The notes beneath the pieces are model-generated. The model saw nothing but the letters and a program-made list of their open reading frames with translations. It ran no database searches and was not told the DNA's origin. Shown piece by piece: positions 10,701 to 19,120 of a DNA stretch of 64,000 nt. The position numbers were made by a program, and so were the translations under genes. Source of the DNA: a virus; IMG/VR virus record IMGVR_UViG_3300027971_000043, positions 17,731-81,730 of that record, one strand, 5' to 3'. Position 1 is the first letter of the stretch. Each line of letters starts with the position of its first letter.

Positions 10701-13700
10701 CCAGTTCGATTCCGGTTCCGCCCATTTCCTTGGTCGCAATTAGAACATCAGCCTCTCCCTCATTAAACGCAGCCATTGCTTGTTCCTTGGTCTGCTCTGA
10801 ACCAGTGTACATCCGGGCGATCTTGAGAGTCGGATCAAGCTTGGCGATTGCGGCTTCGAGTGACGCGGAAGTAGGATTAACTGTCTCGCCTTTAGAGTTT
10901 TCATCCGAAACAAATCCAACATATAGTACGGGTTTCTTGCCACGTTTGATTGCATCTACTGCTCGTTTAGCGGCTGCGTCAACTTTGTATTCTTCAAGCG
11001 CACGTTTCTGAGCTGCTGCCATTTGTCGCAAAGCCGAGATGTCCACGTTCTGTGTTCCACCATACATCGCCTTGATGTCCTCAAGCTGTTGCTTGATCTG
11101 ATTATCAAGAGGAACATCTTGGAACTCTATGTCGACCCCGTCCAGTTTGAGCGAGCGGGAACGCATGATTCCGTTCTTCGCCATTCCGTCGAGATAAGCC
11201 TCCAACCGATCCTGCATTTCGGTTTCAGTAACTCCTTCGGCCAATTGCCAATAGAATTTCTTTCCGCCCTTAAGAGCATATTTTTGGAATCCAAGACGAC
11301 TAATTAAAGCATCGGGCGATTCATTATCAAATATTCCAAGTCGGCCAAGCGACAGCAATTGATCCGGAGTTTCAAACGGAGTACCTGAGGCCATCAATGT
11401 GCGCCCTGCTTTGTTGGCAATGTCATCCATTAACACTGCCCAAGATCGTGTCTTCCCACTTTGAATAGCTTTGGATAGGTTACGGCCAGAGTGTTGCTCA
11501 TCCAAAAGAACAACAGTCTTGTCATCAATTAAAGGCAAAAGCTGTTCGAGATATCCAGAATTGTACGTGGTAACAAGCATCCGACCAGGAACAAACTCAA
11601 TTGGCAATCCCCTTCCGCTCTCGCCCTTGCCCCCACGAACCGCCAACGGAACGCCTAGAATTGTCGCATCCTTCTGAATCGATCCACCAATTTCTCCATC
11701 GTCCCAGTTCGGTGTAACCGCATCAGGAGCCGTTATATAAACAACCTTATATCCCTTGTTGAGATAGTAGGCTCCAGTCCCAAGCAACACTCGCGTCTTT
11801 CCAGTTCCCGGTCCGTTCGCCAAATAAAACGCCTTGTGCTTGGAGTTCTCGATTGTGGTAACAGCCGCGGCTACGTCCTGTGCTTGTTCTTTAGACAGAT
11901 TGGAAAGAACCTGTTGTCCCGCTGGAGCAAGAATCTTTTCGTTGAAAGATTTACCTAACTGGTTGCGGGGTTCGACGAAGGACTTGGGGATCGGGGTGCC
12001 ACGAGGGCGCTCAACTCCAGGTCTCCCGGTTGCGGCTGGCGGACGCTCAACAGTTCGTTCCACTGCTTTCCGCTCCGCTGGAACGGTTTCTTCAAGAACT
12101 CGCTTTGTGGTGGTAGCGCGCTCCGCTTCGAGCTCGGCGAGCCTTGCGCGAGCTTCCTCACGTCGATCAGCGGGCGTCTTGGCTTCAGGTCTTGGGGTTG
12201 GTAGTTGTTCTGGTTGTTCATATGTTCCTTCCTCGTTTATGGTTAATCCGCTGTCGCGCAGGATTTGGTCACTGACGCGAAGCAGGTTTGACCGGAAAGC
12301 AGCCGCAATTTTGTTCTTGGCTTCTCCCTCCGGCATGGCTTCCGAAGCCAGATAAGGCTCGGCAAGTTTGTTTAATGTGGCGACATAGGCATCGGCTTGT
12401 TTCTGTGAAATTGTTCCGTCCTCGGTAGATTGCCGAAGATTGGTATCAATGGCTTCAGTGAGTTCTGTGATGGAATCTGGGGTTAGTTTAGAAGCAGCTA
12501 CGCTTTCAATAAAGTTATCAAACGACCTTAACAGATCGCCTGATCGAGACGATTGAACTTCGCCAAGCAAAGTCTTGGCGGCAACTAACTCGGCATCATC
12601 AAAGAAATTATCGGCTTGCAACTGGCGGAACCGGTCAACATAAGGCTTGATCTGGTTGGCCGTAAGGTTACCTTCGCGTACAACTCCGGCCGGTTCCTCA
12701 ACAGCGCGAACCGGTAGTGTCCCAGCTCGTTGACTGTTTCGATAATTGTTTTCCAAGCCCTGAACAAACTTAGTTCTGACCGCGGGTTGAAGAGCGTTGA
12801 TGTTATCAATTGTTGTTCCGATCTTGGCCGCTTCCGAAGCCACGTTTTTTACATCGCCAACCACGGCATCAAATGCCAGCTTCTCGGCATCCGTGGCCAA
12901 AGAGTTTCGGAAAGGTTGCTTAAAGTTTTCGGCAAGGATGGCAAGTGCTTCTTGTCGTTGAGCCGCGGAAGGAACTTCGACTTGACCCTCCATTTGAAAA
13001 TCTGTTTCAGTCGCGTCGATCTGGTCGAGTGTCTCGTTGATTGCGCCGGCGACCGCTGGGTTAAGACCCTGTTCTTCCGCCAGTGTCTCGGCATCCACAG
13101 CCTGAGTCCGAAGCCCAGGAGTTTCCATGCTAACCGCCGCGCCAATTCCAACGCCAGCTCGCATGCGGGGAACAGCCTGACGAATGAAATCCCGAAGACG
13201 GCTATTGAAAATAGTGCTTAAGGAAAGATTGCCTTTACCTTGACGCAGTTCATACAGGAACGAATTGATTGTTCCGTTTGAAACTTCGTCTGCAATGTTA
13301 TACTTCTGGTAACCAGCCAACGACTTGCTCTGAAGGTAAGTGTTCTTACGTTTGATATAAGCCATCAAAGTCTCGGCAGGATTCATTATGTTTCGGCCGT
13401 TTTCATCAATCGCGCCAAGACTCTGGAGCAATTCAACCGTTGATGGGTTCTTTAGATTAAACACATCGCCTAGAGCATTTACATCATTCTCTCTGGGGTC
13501 GGGGGCTAGCTTCTGGAACTTCTGATAAGATGCTTGTTCGGGATTATTGATAGCCAAGACAACGTCAGGTCGGGCTTCTAGTTCGGGTGAAATCGCTCCG
13601 CTTTTGATTCCCGCATTAGTCTCTCGTTCAAACTGTCCGATCAAGCTGGCTACGCTTTGTTCTCCGCGAGCTCCGCGTTCCAACTCTCCCTGACCTTGCA

Positions 13701-15981
13701 TGGCCTGCAACTTGGCAAGCTGTTCTTCAAGGGCCGGAGTTTCTTCCAAAGGAGACTGCCTGATTTTGGTCTGCAAAGCTGTGATCTGATCGGAAATCTT
13801 TTTAGCCCTGAACTCAGCGGGTCTTTCCTCGGCAACCAACTCTTGTTGCTGGGCAAGACGAGTTTCCAACGCAGTCTGAATTTGGCTTGGTCCCAGATGC
13901 CTCGAAGCGATGGCCTCAATCTCTGGCATCGATCCAGCCGTGTCTAATAAATCGCTGATCTCATCGACCTGATCTTGTGTGATCCCTGGTTTGTTCTCGA
14001 TCTCCTGCAAGATTGCATCCTTCTCATCCTGCATAATCTCCGCAGGATCTTCCTTACCGATCCAATTACCCTCGGCATCCTTGACTCCTAGAACCTGATA
14101 TCGTGATCCGTCCTCACTAAGCTTTCCGTAAACGCGACCCTGACTTTCAAGCCAGTCAATCTTAGCTTGATTGGCGGGGGTGGAAGAAAGGTCAATCGAG
14201 GTAACTCCCTTTTGAAATACGTTGACTAACTCATTGAATGCCCCAATAACTTCCTCATCAGTTTCTGGAACTCCAGCTTCTATGGTCGGAGGAACTCCCA
14301 TTTGTTTTGGCTGTACTTGAGCCTGAGCTTCTGCCACTTTGCTTGAAAGCAAAGATTCAATCGCGCCTTGCTTAGCATTGTTAATCGCTTCATCGGCTAC
14401 CGCCGTAGTTTCGGGAGCAGTTGTTGGGTCAAGAGAAGCCCGAACATTAACAGCGTCAAAAAGAGCTTGGGCTTGAGGACTGTTCAGAGATTCTCGAAGC
14501 TCAACAATTTGTTGCATTTTCTGATCTTCTGGAATCTTGGGGTCGTTCTTAATTCCAGTGACAGTTTGACGGAGAGTATCCGCAAACTTGTCATTCGCCA
14601 TCTGATTAAGTCTTGCTCTACGACCAACAAACCCTTCGGCCAATACCATGCCAAGACCGATACCGCCGGAAGCGGCTAAACTTTGCGGAATCTGAGCAAT
14701 AGGATCTTGTCCACGGGCAATCGCGTCAATCACATCGGATGAAGTTTCTCCGAGAGTTGTTCCAATGACCTTAGCCGTTCCCTGAACAACCGGGGCAAAC
14801 GCAGGAAGTTTGGTCTCAAGAGCTTTAGCAACCATGTGATTGGTCAAGGCGCGATCGGCCACGTCTTCCAATCTATTGCCGGCTTCCTCGGAAAGGGCTA
14901 ATACGCCGGCCTCACTCACAATCGAAGCTAACCGTTGTCCCACGTTCAAATTACGCGGGTCTTGGTCGAGGGATTGGGAGGCTCCGACAACTGCATAAGT
15001 TGCGCCCTTGGACAGAGTCGTGGGAACTTTAATTGTCTGCCCCGCAATATCTGCGGCTTTGCCCAACAAGCCTGTTGCCCCAGCGCCAACTGCCATAAAT
15101 TGACCCAAAGAACCGGTGGCCAATCCAGCCAAAGTAGATGGCATGTAATTCTTTTGAATTACATCGTTGATCCCATTGGTCAAAGCGGCTCGACGGGCTA
15201 CTTGGTCAGGATCATTTTCGTCAACAATAATGTCTCCGATGGAAACAAAAGGAACGAAAGCATCACCGGATTGAACTGCAAAATTACGGAGTCCCGCGGT
15301 ACCAAGTTTCTTTGTCTTGTCACTCTGAAGGTCTTTGTAGTATTCCTGTGCTCGGGCCAGGTTCATTCCAACTTTCGGAGTATTCCACGCGCCAAGCCCG
15401 AACTCCATCGCGGGAGCTTGATCCTTAGGGGCGATAGATTTCCCAGCAGTTAATTCATCGGAATAGAGAGCACCAAGCTCAAGGGCTTTCGCAGCTTGGG
15501 TAGAGTCCTTGATTGTTCCAATGTAATTGCGGGATGCCAAACTTTCCTGCATGGCTTTGGCATCTTCATTCGTAATCCCGAGTCCGCTCTGCAAATAAGA
15601 TCCAATAACTTTACCCACACCTCCGACAGCAATTTTGGTAAGCCCTAACCAGTCATTGTTTTTTTCGGCATCAAGGGTGGCTTGGGAAGTAGATTTTATG
15701 TAATCATTAACATTCTTCTGAGCATCCTGCCACGACTGTGTATTAAAAGGAAGTTTACCTTCCTTAAAACGGGTGGCTGTTCCGAGTAAAAGATCGTTGG
15801 CTTTCGGGTTATCCCGAAGCTCCATAAGTTGGCTGGCTTGAGCCAAAGCCGAAGAAGGCTGGCTTAGTATAGAATCAAGTTCGTCCTGTTGCTGGGTCGG
15901 GGGTTGTCCAAGAATATCTCCGACAATGCTGTCAAGGCTATTAGGCAAACCAGCATCCAAAGGGGAAAGGGGATCTGCCAT
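4729..15981 (-). CDS. giant polyvalent internal virion protein (3750 aa) with strawberry-notch/DarB-type SF2 helicase
   Basis: FYLANGPGTGKT (Walker A), LLDEQH, SGTPF, GTGIELDD, QLIYRVWR; an EETIH zincin-like motif; position among ejection proteins. Confidence 0.85.
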   Translation of the reverse strand: MADPLSPLDAGLPNSLDSIVGDILGQPPTQQQDELDSILSQPSSALAQASQLMELRDNPKANDLLLGTATRFKEGKLPFNTQSWQDAQKNVNDYIKSTSQATLDAEKNNDWLGLTKIAVGGVGKVIGSYLQSGLGITNEDAKAMQESLASRNYIGTIKDSTQAAKALELGALYSDELTAGKSIAPKDQAPAMEFGLGAWNTPKVGMNLARAQEYYKDLQSDKTKKLGTAGLRNFAVQSGDAFVPFVSIGDIIVDENDPDQVARRAALTNGINDVIQKNYMPSTLAGLATGSLGQFMAVGAGATGLLGKAADIAGQTIKVPTTLSKGATYAVVGASQSLDQDPRNLNVGQRLASIVSEAGVLALSEEAGNRLEDVADRALTNHMVAKALETKLPAFAPVVQGTAKVIGTTLGETSSDVIDAIARGQDPIAQIPQSLAASGGIGLGMVLAEGFVGRRARLNQMANDKFADTLRQTVTGIKNDPKIPEDQKMQQIVELRESLNSPQAQALFDAVNVRASLDPTTAPETTAVADEAINNAKQGAIESLLSSKVAEAQAQVQPKQMGVPPTIEAGVPETDEEVIGAFNELVNVFQKGVTSIDLSSTPANQAKIDWLESQGRVYGKLSEDGSRYQVLGVKDAEGNWIGKEDPAEIMQDEKDAILQEIENKPGITQDQVDEISDLLDTAGSMPEIEAIASRHLGPSQIQTALETRLAQQQELVAEERPAEFRAKKISDQITALQTKIRQSPLEETPALEEQLAKLQAMQGQGELERGARGEQSVASLIGQFERETNAGIKSGAISPELEARPDVVLAINNPEQASYQKFQKLAPDPRENDVNALGDVFNLKNPSTVELLQSLGAIDENGRNIMNPAETLMAYIKRKNTYLQSKSLAGYQKYNIADEVSNGTINSFLYELRQGKGNLSLSTIFNSRLRDFIRQAVPRMRAGVGIGAAVSMETPGLRTQAVDAETLAEEQGLNPAVAGAINETLDQIDATETDFQMEGQVEVPSAAQRQEALAILAENFKQPFRNSLATDAEKLAFDAVVGDVKNVASEAAKIGTTIDNINALQPAVRTKFVQGLENNYRNSQRAGTLPVRAVEEPAGVVREGNLTANQIKPYVDRFRQLQADNFFDDAELVAAKTLLGEVQSSRSGDLLRSFDNFIESVAASKLTPDSITELTEAIDTNLRQSTEDGTISQKQADAYVATLNKLAEPYLASEAMPEGEAKNKIAAAFRSNLLRVSDQILRDSGLTINEEGTYEQPEQLPTPRPEAKTPADRREEARARLAELEAERATTTKRVLEETVPAERKAVERTVERPPAATGRPGVERPRGTPIPKSFVEPRNQLGKSFNEKILAPAGQQVLSNLSKEQAQDVAAAVTTIENSKHKAFYLANGPGTGKTRVLLGTGAYYLNKGYKVVYITAPDAVTPNWDDGEIGGSIQKDATILGVPLAVRGGKGESGRGLPIEFVPGRMLVTTYNSGYLEQLLPLIDDKTVVLLDEQHSGRNLSKAIQSGKTRSWAVLMDDIANKAGRTLMASGTPFETPDQLLSLGRLGIFDNESPDALISRLGFQKYALKGGKKFYWQLAEGVTETEMQDRLEAYLDGMAKNGIMRSRSLKLDGVDIEFQDVPLDNQIKQQLEDIKAMYGGTQNVDISALRQMAAAQKRALEEYKVDAAAKRAVDAIKRGKKPVLYVGFVSDENSKGETVNPTSASLEAAIAKLDPTLKIARMYTGSEQTKEQAMAAFNEGEADVLIATKEMGGTGIELDDKFGDESREMIILSPPISAIQAVQLIYRVWRVDSASRPNIVFLESQAEIDQNTIGRMRAKLRLLDATVGAGFEGLRAEEAVAPVRETNEATAEQQKFVDTELTSVLGTNYKDNTVTFKDAKGQPRIYNVLVSPMAEHSVAAQAGADNESDTIIINPEKLAVSKSRVSPKDFKSYLTKVMLEETIHVETYRYFRELGLDPVEELTAIGDGMSQATRLAIARLYNSQLGSDITDPVIQGKIKALANDSYQVSMEGIRQLSQLNLTGGITEQVTSVDPKDIARATQRLKDLVGQEPKSVLARLGVWFDSMATVVKRGLGLAPQATDRLVLRQGIEDAISNLRKTSKYFVDASAPGPVAAPEPGRSPTSPRPANKFDSYDLRIYRMIENHLEGRTDGVFGVTAADDLFKTVDVNDWLDGLDVAARRGMITNQERNLFRAATKSVMDGGRASLPGIANKALEIAEGMEESGESLPAVAFIATTEPVNLVEPSEYSRYNVKIGFYPSYPTTAKTSAGAVANTVAKMFEDRNEIIFDGRNYTYKNRGALIAAIGRAGYDNYARRLTPAPEIVTEKPIVTSVSLDGETVSIPVPPPEITRVIPVPAPEIRESQAVKNIALNVLDKIPEGADKDRLLNEWYYTSVSQEQQIEDARNYIAENGFDKSLQQFLAGNINASLPVQTGVAFELMNTLREKAKTDKFAESQLIDVALIAAKKYGTEAGRAVQMWSGLDSLIFDNPERAKLFVYRQIDKTLKGKLQGYAEENDEIAMALKDANRRAAEKFTTAKKTIKGNNLQAVQDQLGKLVDLNKKGGTLSQIQAVISDYLESEEVSKGLTEWLGADIAAAPEPGMGGDDIRLDPDQSRALGRVILGIIERSENPRETAASADEIKRLVMLAPVVRDAKNQENVRRKLELYFDSALTYALEFFQAKALREARAREAGTRVGQAAEVIPPPSTRGEAIQRVAQAKAKAAQEAPVIVPNNLPPELALAEASADALQKQAARLQKQPKVKDALEEFAMRTRRLIAQRTKEMGGLQPVFEPLPKPTEAEVLKDRIAQYPEVKEFINNVRESLRNNYNEQELIGLEPFIEEAFGRPFAVSSLKQTVRALESIGGPKTNLRSLIRASRGDIMDFENKMGALLTENTNLDEAQKKEVLDFLREGMTELIASERKDALKRIKENFEKKKERKTRKIRSALDKLIESANLGVLSDDDVFVQMHSQLGLPEMTQEQRKELNKKIEALSVLPKGMIRQKAINEMYQYIKFVAPVVWSDLLINYQTAGLLSSVGTVGINAFGSLLNAELNAFLLTAAGGVKYAIGAALNKEQEKALGKAYLSALPSLNQAIFSPKGKAYAAALNTMLSGNYSDISDVLNQEYGGINTFEAIVNQAEAYRKGQSSIRPELPIKAFGKEYTLPLDPKAISKKYGLLGPYIWFGRAMQAGDALIKVSTKKMAEVLEATNVAIDQGLTTQEEIEAEVARLLNMSPEARSRAEAKAAAEAKEFSLTPTEQTLRVEEIIAQNRPDEDAVKEITKRAQTLAAQTSFTNNFEGYIGLLAGTVNDLGEKAKALKVLLKFLRTGSALANEGLKFLPIISQIRFIRGSAGKLKDSKYFVPPPTPGTIEHDLLLGKMFTGLMGIFLIGLRFLPAMSGEDDPENNIHLNGPADPTQREAFLAAGGKLKSIQLGTFKSGKPRFVSFEFFPQGIQAVLTLIASYVESVRYSKRSKVEAALEGTLAAGMVTTLAMLDVGFLSGLRSIMALTSPGPQRTDPKMIIDKTVKLAGNITASFIPGYATARDIEQAYNGLTGSPSARPYQENLLSVFMSSIPFASKIGRPDLDFLGGNIRTQMSNTVPFLRRLTTVGVDGMAYNNGERSQQAIHDKLISLFAANRYALDWDPGPLKNYAMMDLIKDAAANGVTLTPDDFFQISRELTNDEKYEWMQRAGPVIENFLAPFIPQLEKMSRPQFITFMQQVNKTIKNPILQNVLLEKNQEGILFPERK

Positions 15982-15991
15982 AAACCAAACT

Positions 15992-16019
15992 ATTCAAGCA
16001 GATTCCTGCCCGACGTCAA
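15992..16019 (-). promoter_or_regulatory. promoter-like TTGACG-N16-TTGAAT
   Basis: 10 nt upstream of the giant gene ATG; the -35 overlaps the upstream TGA. Confidence 0.4.
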
Positions 16020-17662
16020 CGATTTTGTCCCTGGTTAACTACGTTTGACTCAGGTGTTTGGCCGAGTCCAGGGAGTTCTCCCAACTGCTGTTTAAGCTTG
16101 GCAATAACTTCCCTTACTGGTCTACCTCGATATAGGGCGTCCGGATTGGCGTTGTACATGTTAACAACTTCTGCAACCTTGGACATGGTTTCCGGGGATA
16201 ATTGAACTTTGGTTGCGCCTTGAGCAGAAGGAGCGGTGGGAATAGTGGCAGTGCCAGCCTCGGCAACCATTGGAGAATCAATTTTGAGTAGTCTGATTGG
16301 GATTTGACCGCTTTGTGCAGTCTCCTGATTGGGTTGGGCCGCGGCGGGAGTCTTGCCGGGTTGAGGGGTTGTTGGAGTCTGCCCGGGTTGAGCGGACGGG
16401 GCGGGTGAAACTGGGGGAAGCCCACGAGTTGACATTGCCTCCATCATTTGAATCATAGGATTTGCGGAGGGAAGGTCTAAAAGACCTCTCTGATTTACGT
16501 CGTCTAACCACTTCTCGTATTCTTTTCGTTTCGCTGGATTTATTTTTCCAGTAAGAGGATTGATTGCAGAATCCCAACCAACCGTAGCAGAAAGATCGGG
16601 AGGGGCAAAAGGAAATACTCGCTCTGGTTTTCCTGTTTCTTTATTTATTACTACTGGACCCACTTCAGGATGTTGAGTTAAAACGTTTGTTATAATCTCA
16701 TTTGCCCTAGTTTTCCAGCTTAATATTTCTTCATTGGCTTCCGCTTTAGTAGTTTGAAACATGAGTCTACTTTTTTCGTTGATATAATTTTCTGACAATT
16801 TATCGTCTTTTCCGGGGTATCTAGCTTGCAACTCATCCCATTGTTTTTGAGCAGACTTTGGAAGTTCTCCTACAATCGCTCGAGTTTCGAATTGTCCCAT
16901 GGCAGTACCAAGTTCAGCTTTTTGATATTCGTCCTGCTGCTTTGCTTTACCTTGAGCAATTTCAGAATACATTTTAATTAAGTTTTCATCTTTATTCCCT
17001 AAGTTATAAAACTCTTCATTTCCTTTAGACAATTCATTCTTTAAACGATCTGGACCAATTTTTGTGACGTCTAATTCATTAATCCGATTGATGACCGCAA
17101 CAGCTTGAGGACGAGTTCTTACATTAGTAAAGTCTTGTTCCAACATTCTTTTGTTCGCAACCAAAGCCAAGGCGTTTTTATAGGCATCGGTTTGTTGTTT
17201 TATATTTAGACCCGAAGCATAACCCTTGTTAGTTGCTTCAGCCACCTTAAGACCATCTCCGCTTTCAATAGCCAGCATCAATTCCGATTCAAGTCGAGCG
17301 GCTGAAACCTCTTGCTCTCTAATCGCATTTTTTTGATTCAGTTCCAGAAGAGCTTTTGTCTGTTCAAAGCCAAACTTTCGTTCATCTAAGTCTCGATCCA
17401 AAGCCTTGCTTTGCGCTTCGGATTGCGCTTTTATTAGCTGACCAGCATTTTGAGCATCGGCTGATGCAATTCGAGCTGTGTTGATCTGCGCTTCTTGTGC
17501 CTGATTTGCAGCTTGTTGATCTAATTGAGCGTAGGACAAAGCCAGTCTATTCTGCTCTTGTTGATCCTGCTGGAACAATTGTTGTTTTTTCAAGTAGTTC
17601 TCGCGCAAATCACCAAGGATTCCCCGCACCTGGCCTACATAATCTGGAGCTACTGGTGTCAT
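16016..17662 (-). CDS. putative internal virion (ejection) protein (548 aa)
   Basis: Q/A-rich coiled-coil N-terminus, P-rich linker, synteny. Confidence 0.65.
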   Translation of the reverse strand: MTPVAPDYVGQVRGILGDLRENYLKKQQLFQQDQQEQNRLALSYAQLDQQAANQAQEAQINTARIASADAQNAGQLIKAQSEAQSKALDRDLDERKFGFEQTKALLELNQKNAIREQEVSAARLESELMLAIESGDGLKVAEATNKGYASGLNIKQQTDAYKNALALVANKRMLEQDFTNVRTRPQAVAVINRINELDVTKIGPDRLKNELSKGNEEFYNLGNKDENLIKMYSEIAQGKAKQQDEYQKAELGTAMGQFETRAIVGELPKSAQKQWDELQARYPGKDDKLSENYINEKSRLMFQTTKAEANEEILSWKTRANEIITNVLTQHPEVGPVVINKETGKPERVFPFAPPDLSATVGWDSAINPLTGKINPAKRKEYEKWLDDVNQRGLLDLPSANPMIQMMEAMSTRGLPPVSPAPSAQPGQTPTTPQPGKTPAAAQPNQETAQSGQIPIRLLKIDSPMVAEAGTATIPTAPSAQGATKVQLSPETMSKVAEVVNMYNANPDALYRGRPVREVIAKLKQQLGELPGLGQTPESNVVNQGQNR

Positions 17663-17665
17663 AAA

Positions 17666-19117
17666 TTACGCCAATTGTGGCACATAGGCTGACCCTGTCC
17701 AGTTCTGTGCTTGTTGTTGCGCTTGCCGTTGAGCTTGCGCTACGAGTCTTTGTCCTCCTGGCCCTTTAAAGGCGGAGATTGGAATATCTGCTCCACCAAA
17801 ATTAAGGCTGGTAACAGAACCCGCGCCAGGAAGATTAGGTCTTGTAGCCGAGTATTCACCCGGTTTGAACGACACATATTGCCCCTTCTTAATATCGAAC
17901 TGACCGGGCAATGCCTGACTCTGCCAAGCGTTAAGGGCATTGGAATTTGAAATTTGGCTATTGTATTGAGCTTGGTCGGTCAAAGCTCCAAACACCAGAC
18001 TTGGGGGAACCATTTTACTGGCTTCAAAATTTGCTCGGGCCATGGTAGATTGTTGGGCCATGTTTGCCATATTGTTATATACATCGGAGGATTTTACGTA
18101 AACCGCATTAAAGATTGCGTTTGGATCTACGTGATTGTAATTGGCAATTGTACTGAAGATAGTGGCAGGATTCGTAATCAATTGGTTTACAAATTCGGCT
18201 CCACTAACCGGCATCATTTCGCGACCAACTGTAGCGGCAAGTTTGGCTGTCTGGTCAAGTAATCCAGCTCCGGCAGTTTGAAGTTGTAGGCTGGTTAAGC
18301 CTAGGTCTCTAGCAGCTAAGTTTCGGCCAAGGCCACCTCCGTACAACCCAGTGGTAAAACCTTTAGCGGCGGAGCTTCTGAAAATTTGATCGACCACGTC
18401 CGTCGGTATTTTACCAGCAAGGTAGTTGGATGTGATCTCATTTGTCTTTGCCATGTTCGCTTTGTAACCAGGCATTGCAGCATCAAACTGATCGATATAT
18501 TTTTTATTTAAAATCTCGGCCATTTTGTTGGCCTGTGTTCCTATCTTCGTAGGATCATTTAACTGAGCAGCAGCGGCAGCAGCTTGATTTGTAACATCCG
18601 AGATCGACGGATTAATTCCGGCAATCATGCTCTTGATTTGAGCTGGACTTAAATTAAGTTTCTGGGCTGCGGATTTTGCATCTGCAACAAGTTGGTTTTG
18701 GTCAACAAAGAAATTAGGATTTACTCCGCTATTAATCTGGTTAAATGTATTTCTAAAATTACCCATCACACCAGAGAGATCAACTCCCTGCATTGTAGGA
18801 GCAGCGCCCAAGAAAAATTCAACTGGTGTTGCTTGAGCTTGGCTAGCTCCAGAAAGCCCAGCGCCAAGGCGTGATCCGGCAGAACCGCCACCCCCGCCAA
18901 AAACATTTTTGGCTGGAGTGCGAACACCGCCAGTATCCTTGTACTGGCTCGAATTCGGCATATTAGCCCACAAGCTTCCTGGTCCTGGGGCAGAAACCTG
19001 TTCAAAAGTTTTCCGACTAGCCGGAGAACTCATATACGCATTCCAGGCGGCATCGCCACTAGAATAAGAAGGAGCGGCTCCTCCACCACCCAAGAAATCA
19101 AAAACCATATTAGCCAT
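17666..19117 (-). CDS. putative internal virion (ejection/pilot) protein (483 aa)
   Basis: G/A/N/Q-rich helical composition typical of DNA-transfer proteins; synteny. Confidence 0.65.
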   Translation of the reverse strand: MANMVFDFLGGGGAAPSYSSGDAAWNAYMSSPASRKTFEQVSAPGPGSLWANMPNSSQYKDTGGVRTPAKNVFGGGGGSAGSRLGAGLSGASQAQATPVEFFLGAAPTMQGVDLSGVMGNFRNTFNQINSGVNPNFFVDQNQLVADAKSAAQKLNLSPAQIKSMIAGINPSISDVTNQAAAAAAQLNDPTKIGTQANKMAEILNKKYIDQFDAAMPGYKANMAKTNEITSNYLAGKIPTDVVDQIFRSSAAKGFTTGLYGGGLGRNLAARDLGLTSLQLQTAGAGLLDQTAKLAATVGREMMPVSGAEFVNQLITNPATIFSTIANYNHVDPNAIFNAVYVKSSDVYNNMANMAQQSTMARANFEASKMVPPSLVFGALTDQAQYNSQISNSNALNAWQSQALPGQFDIKKGQYVSFKPGEYSATRPNLPGAGSVTSLNFGGADIPISAFKGPGGQRLVAQAQRQAQQQAQNWTGSAYVPQLA

Positions 19118-19120
19118 AAA

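Noticed and set aside
4729-15981. Virion RNA polymerase as in N4 or crAss-like phages
   Set aside because: No DxDGD or T7-type catalytic motif found by eye
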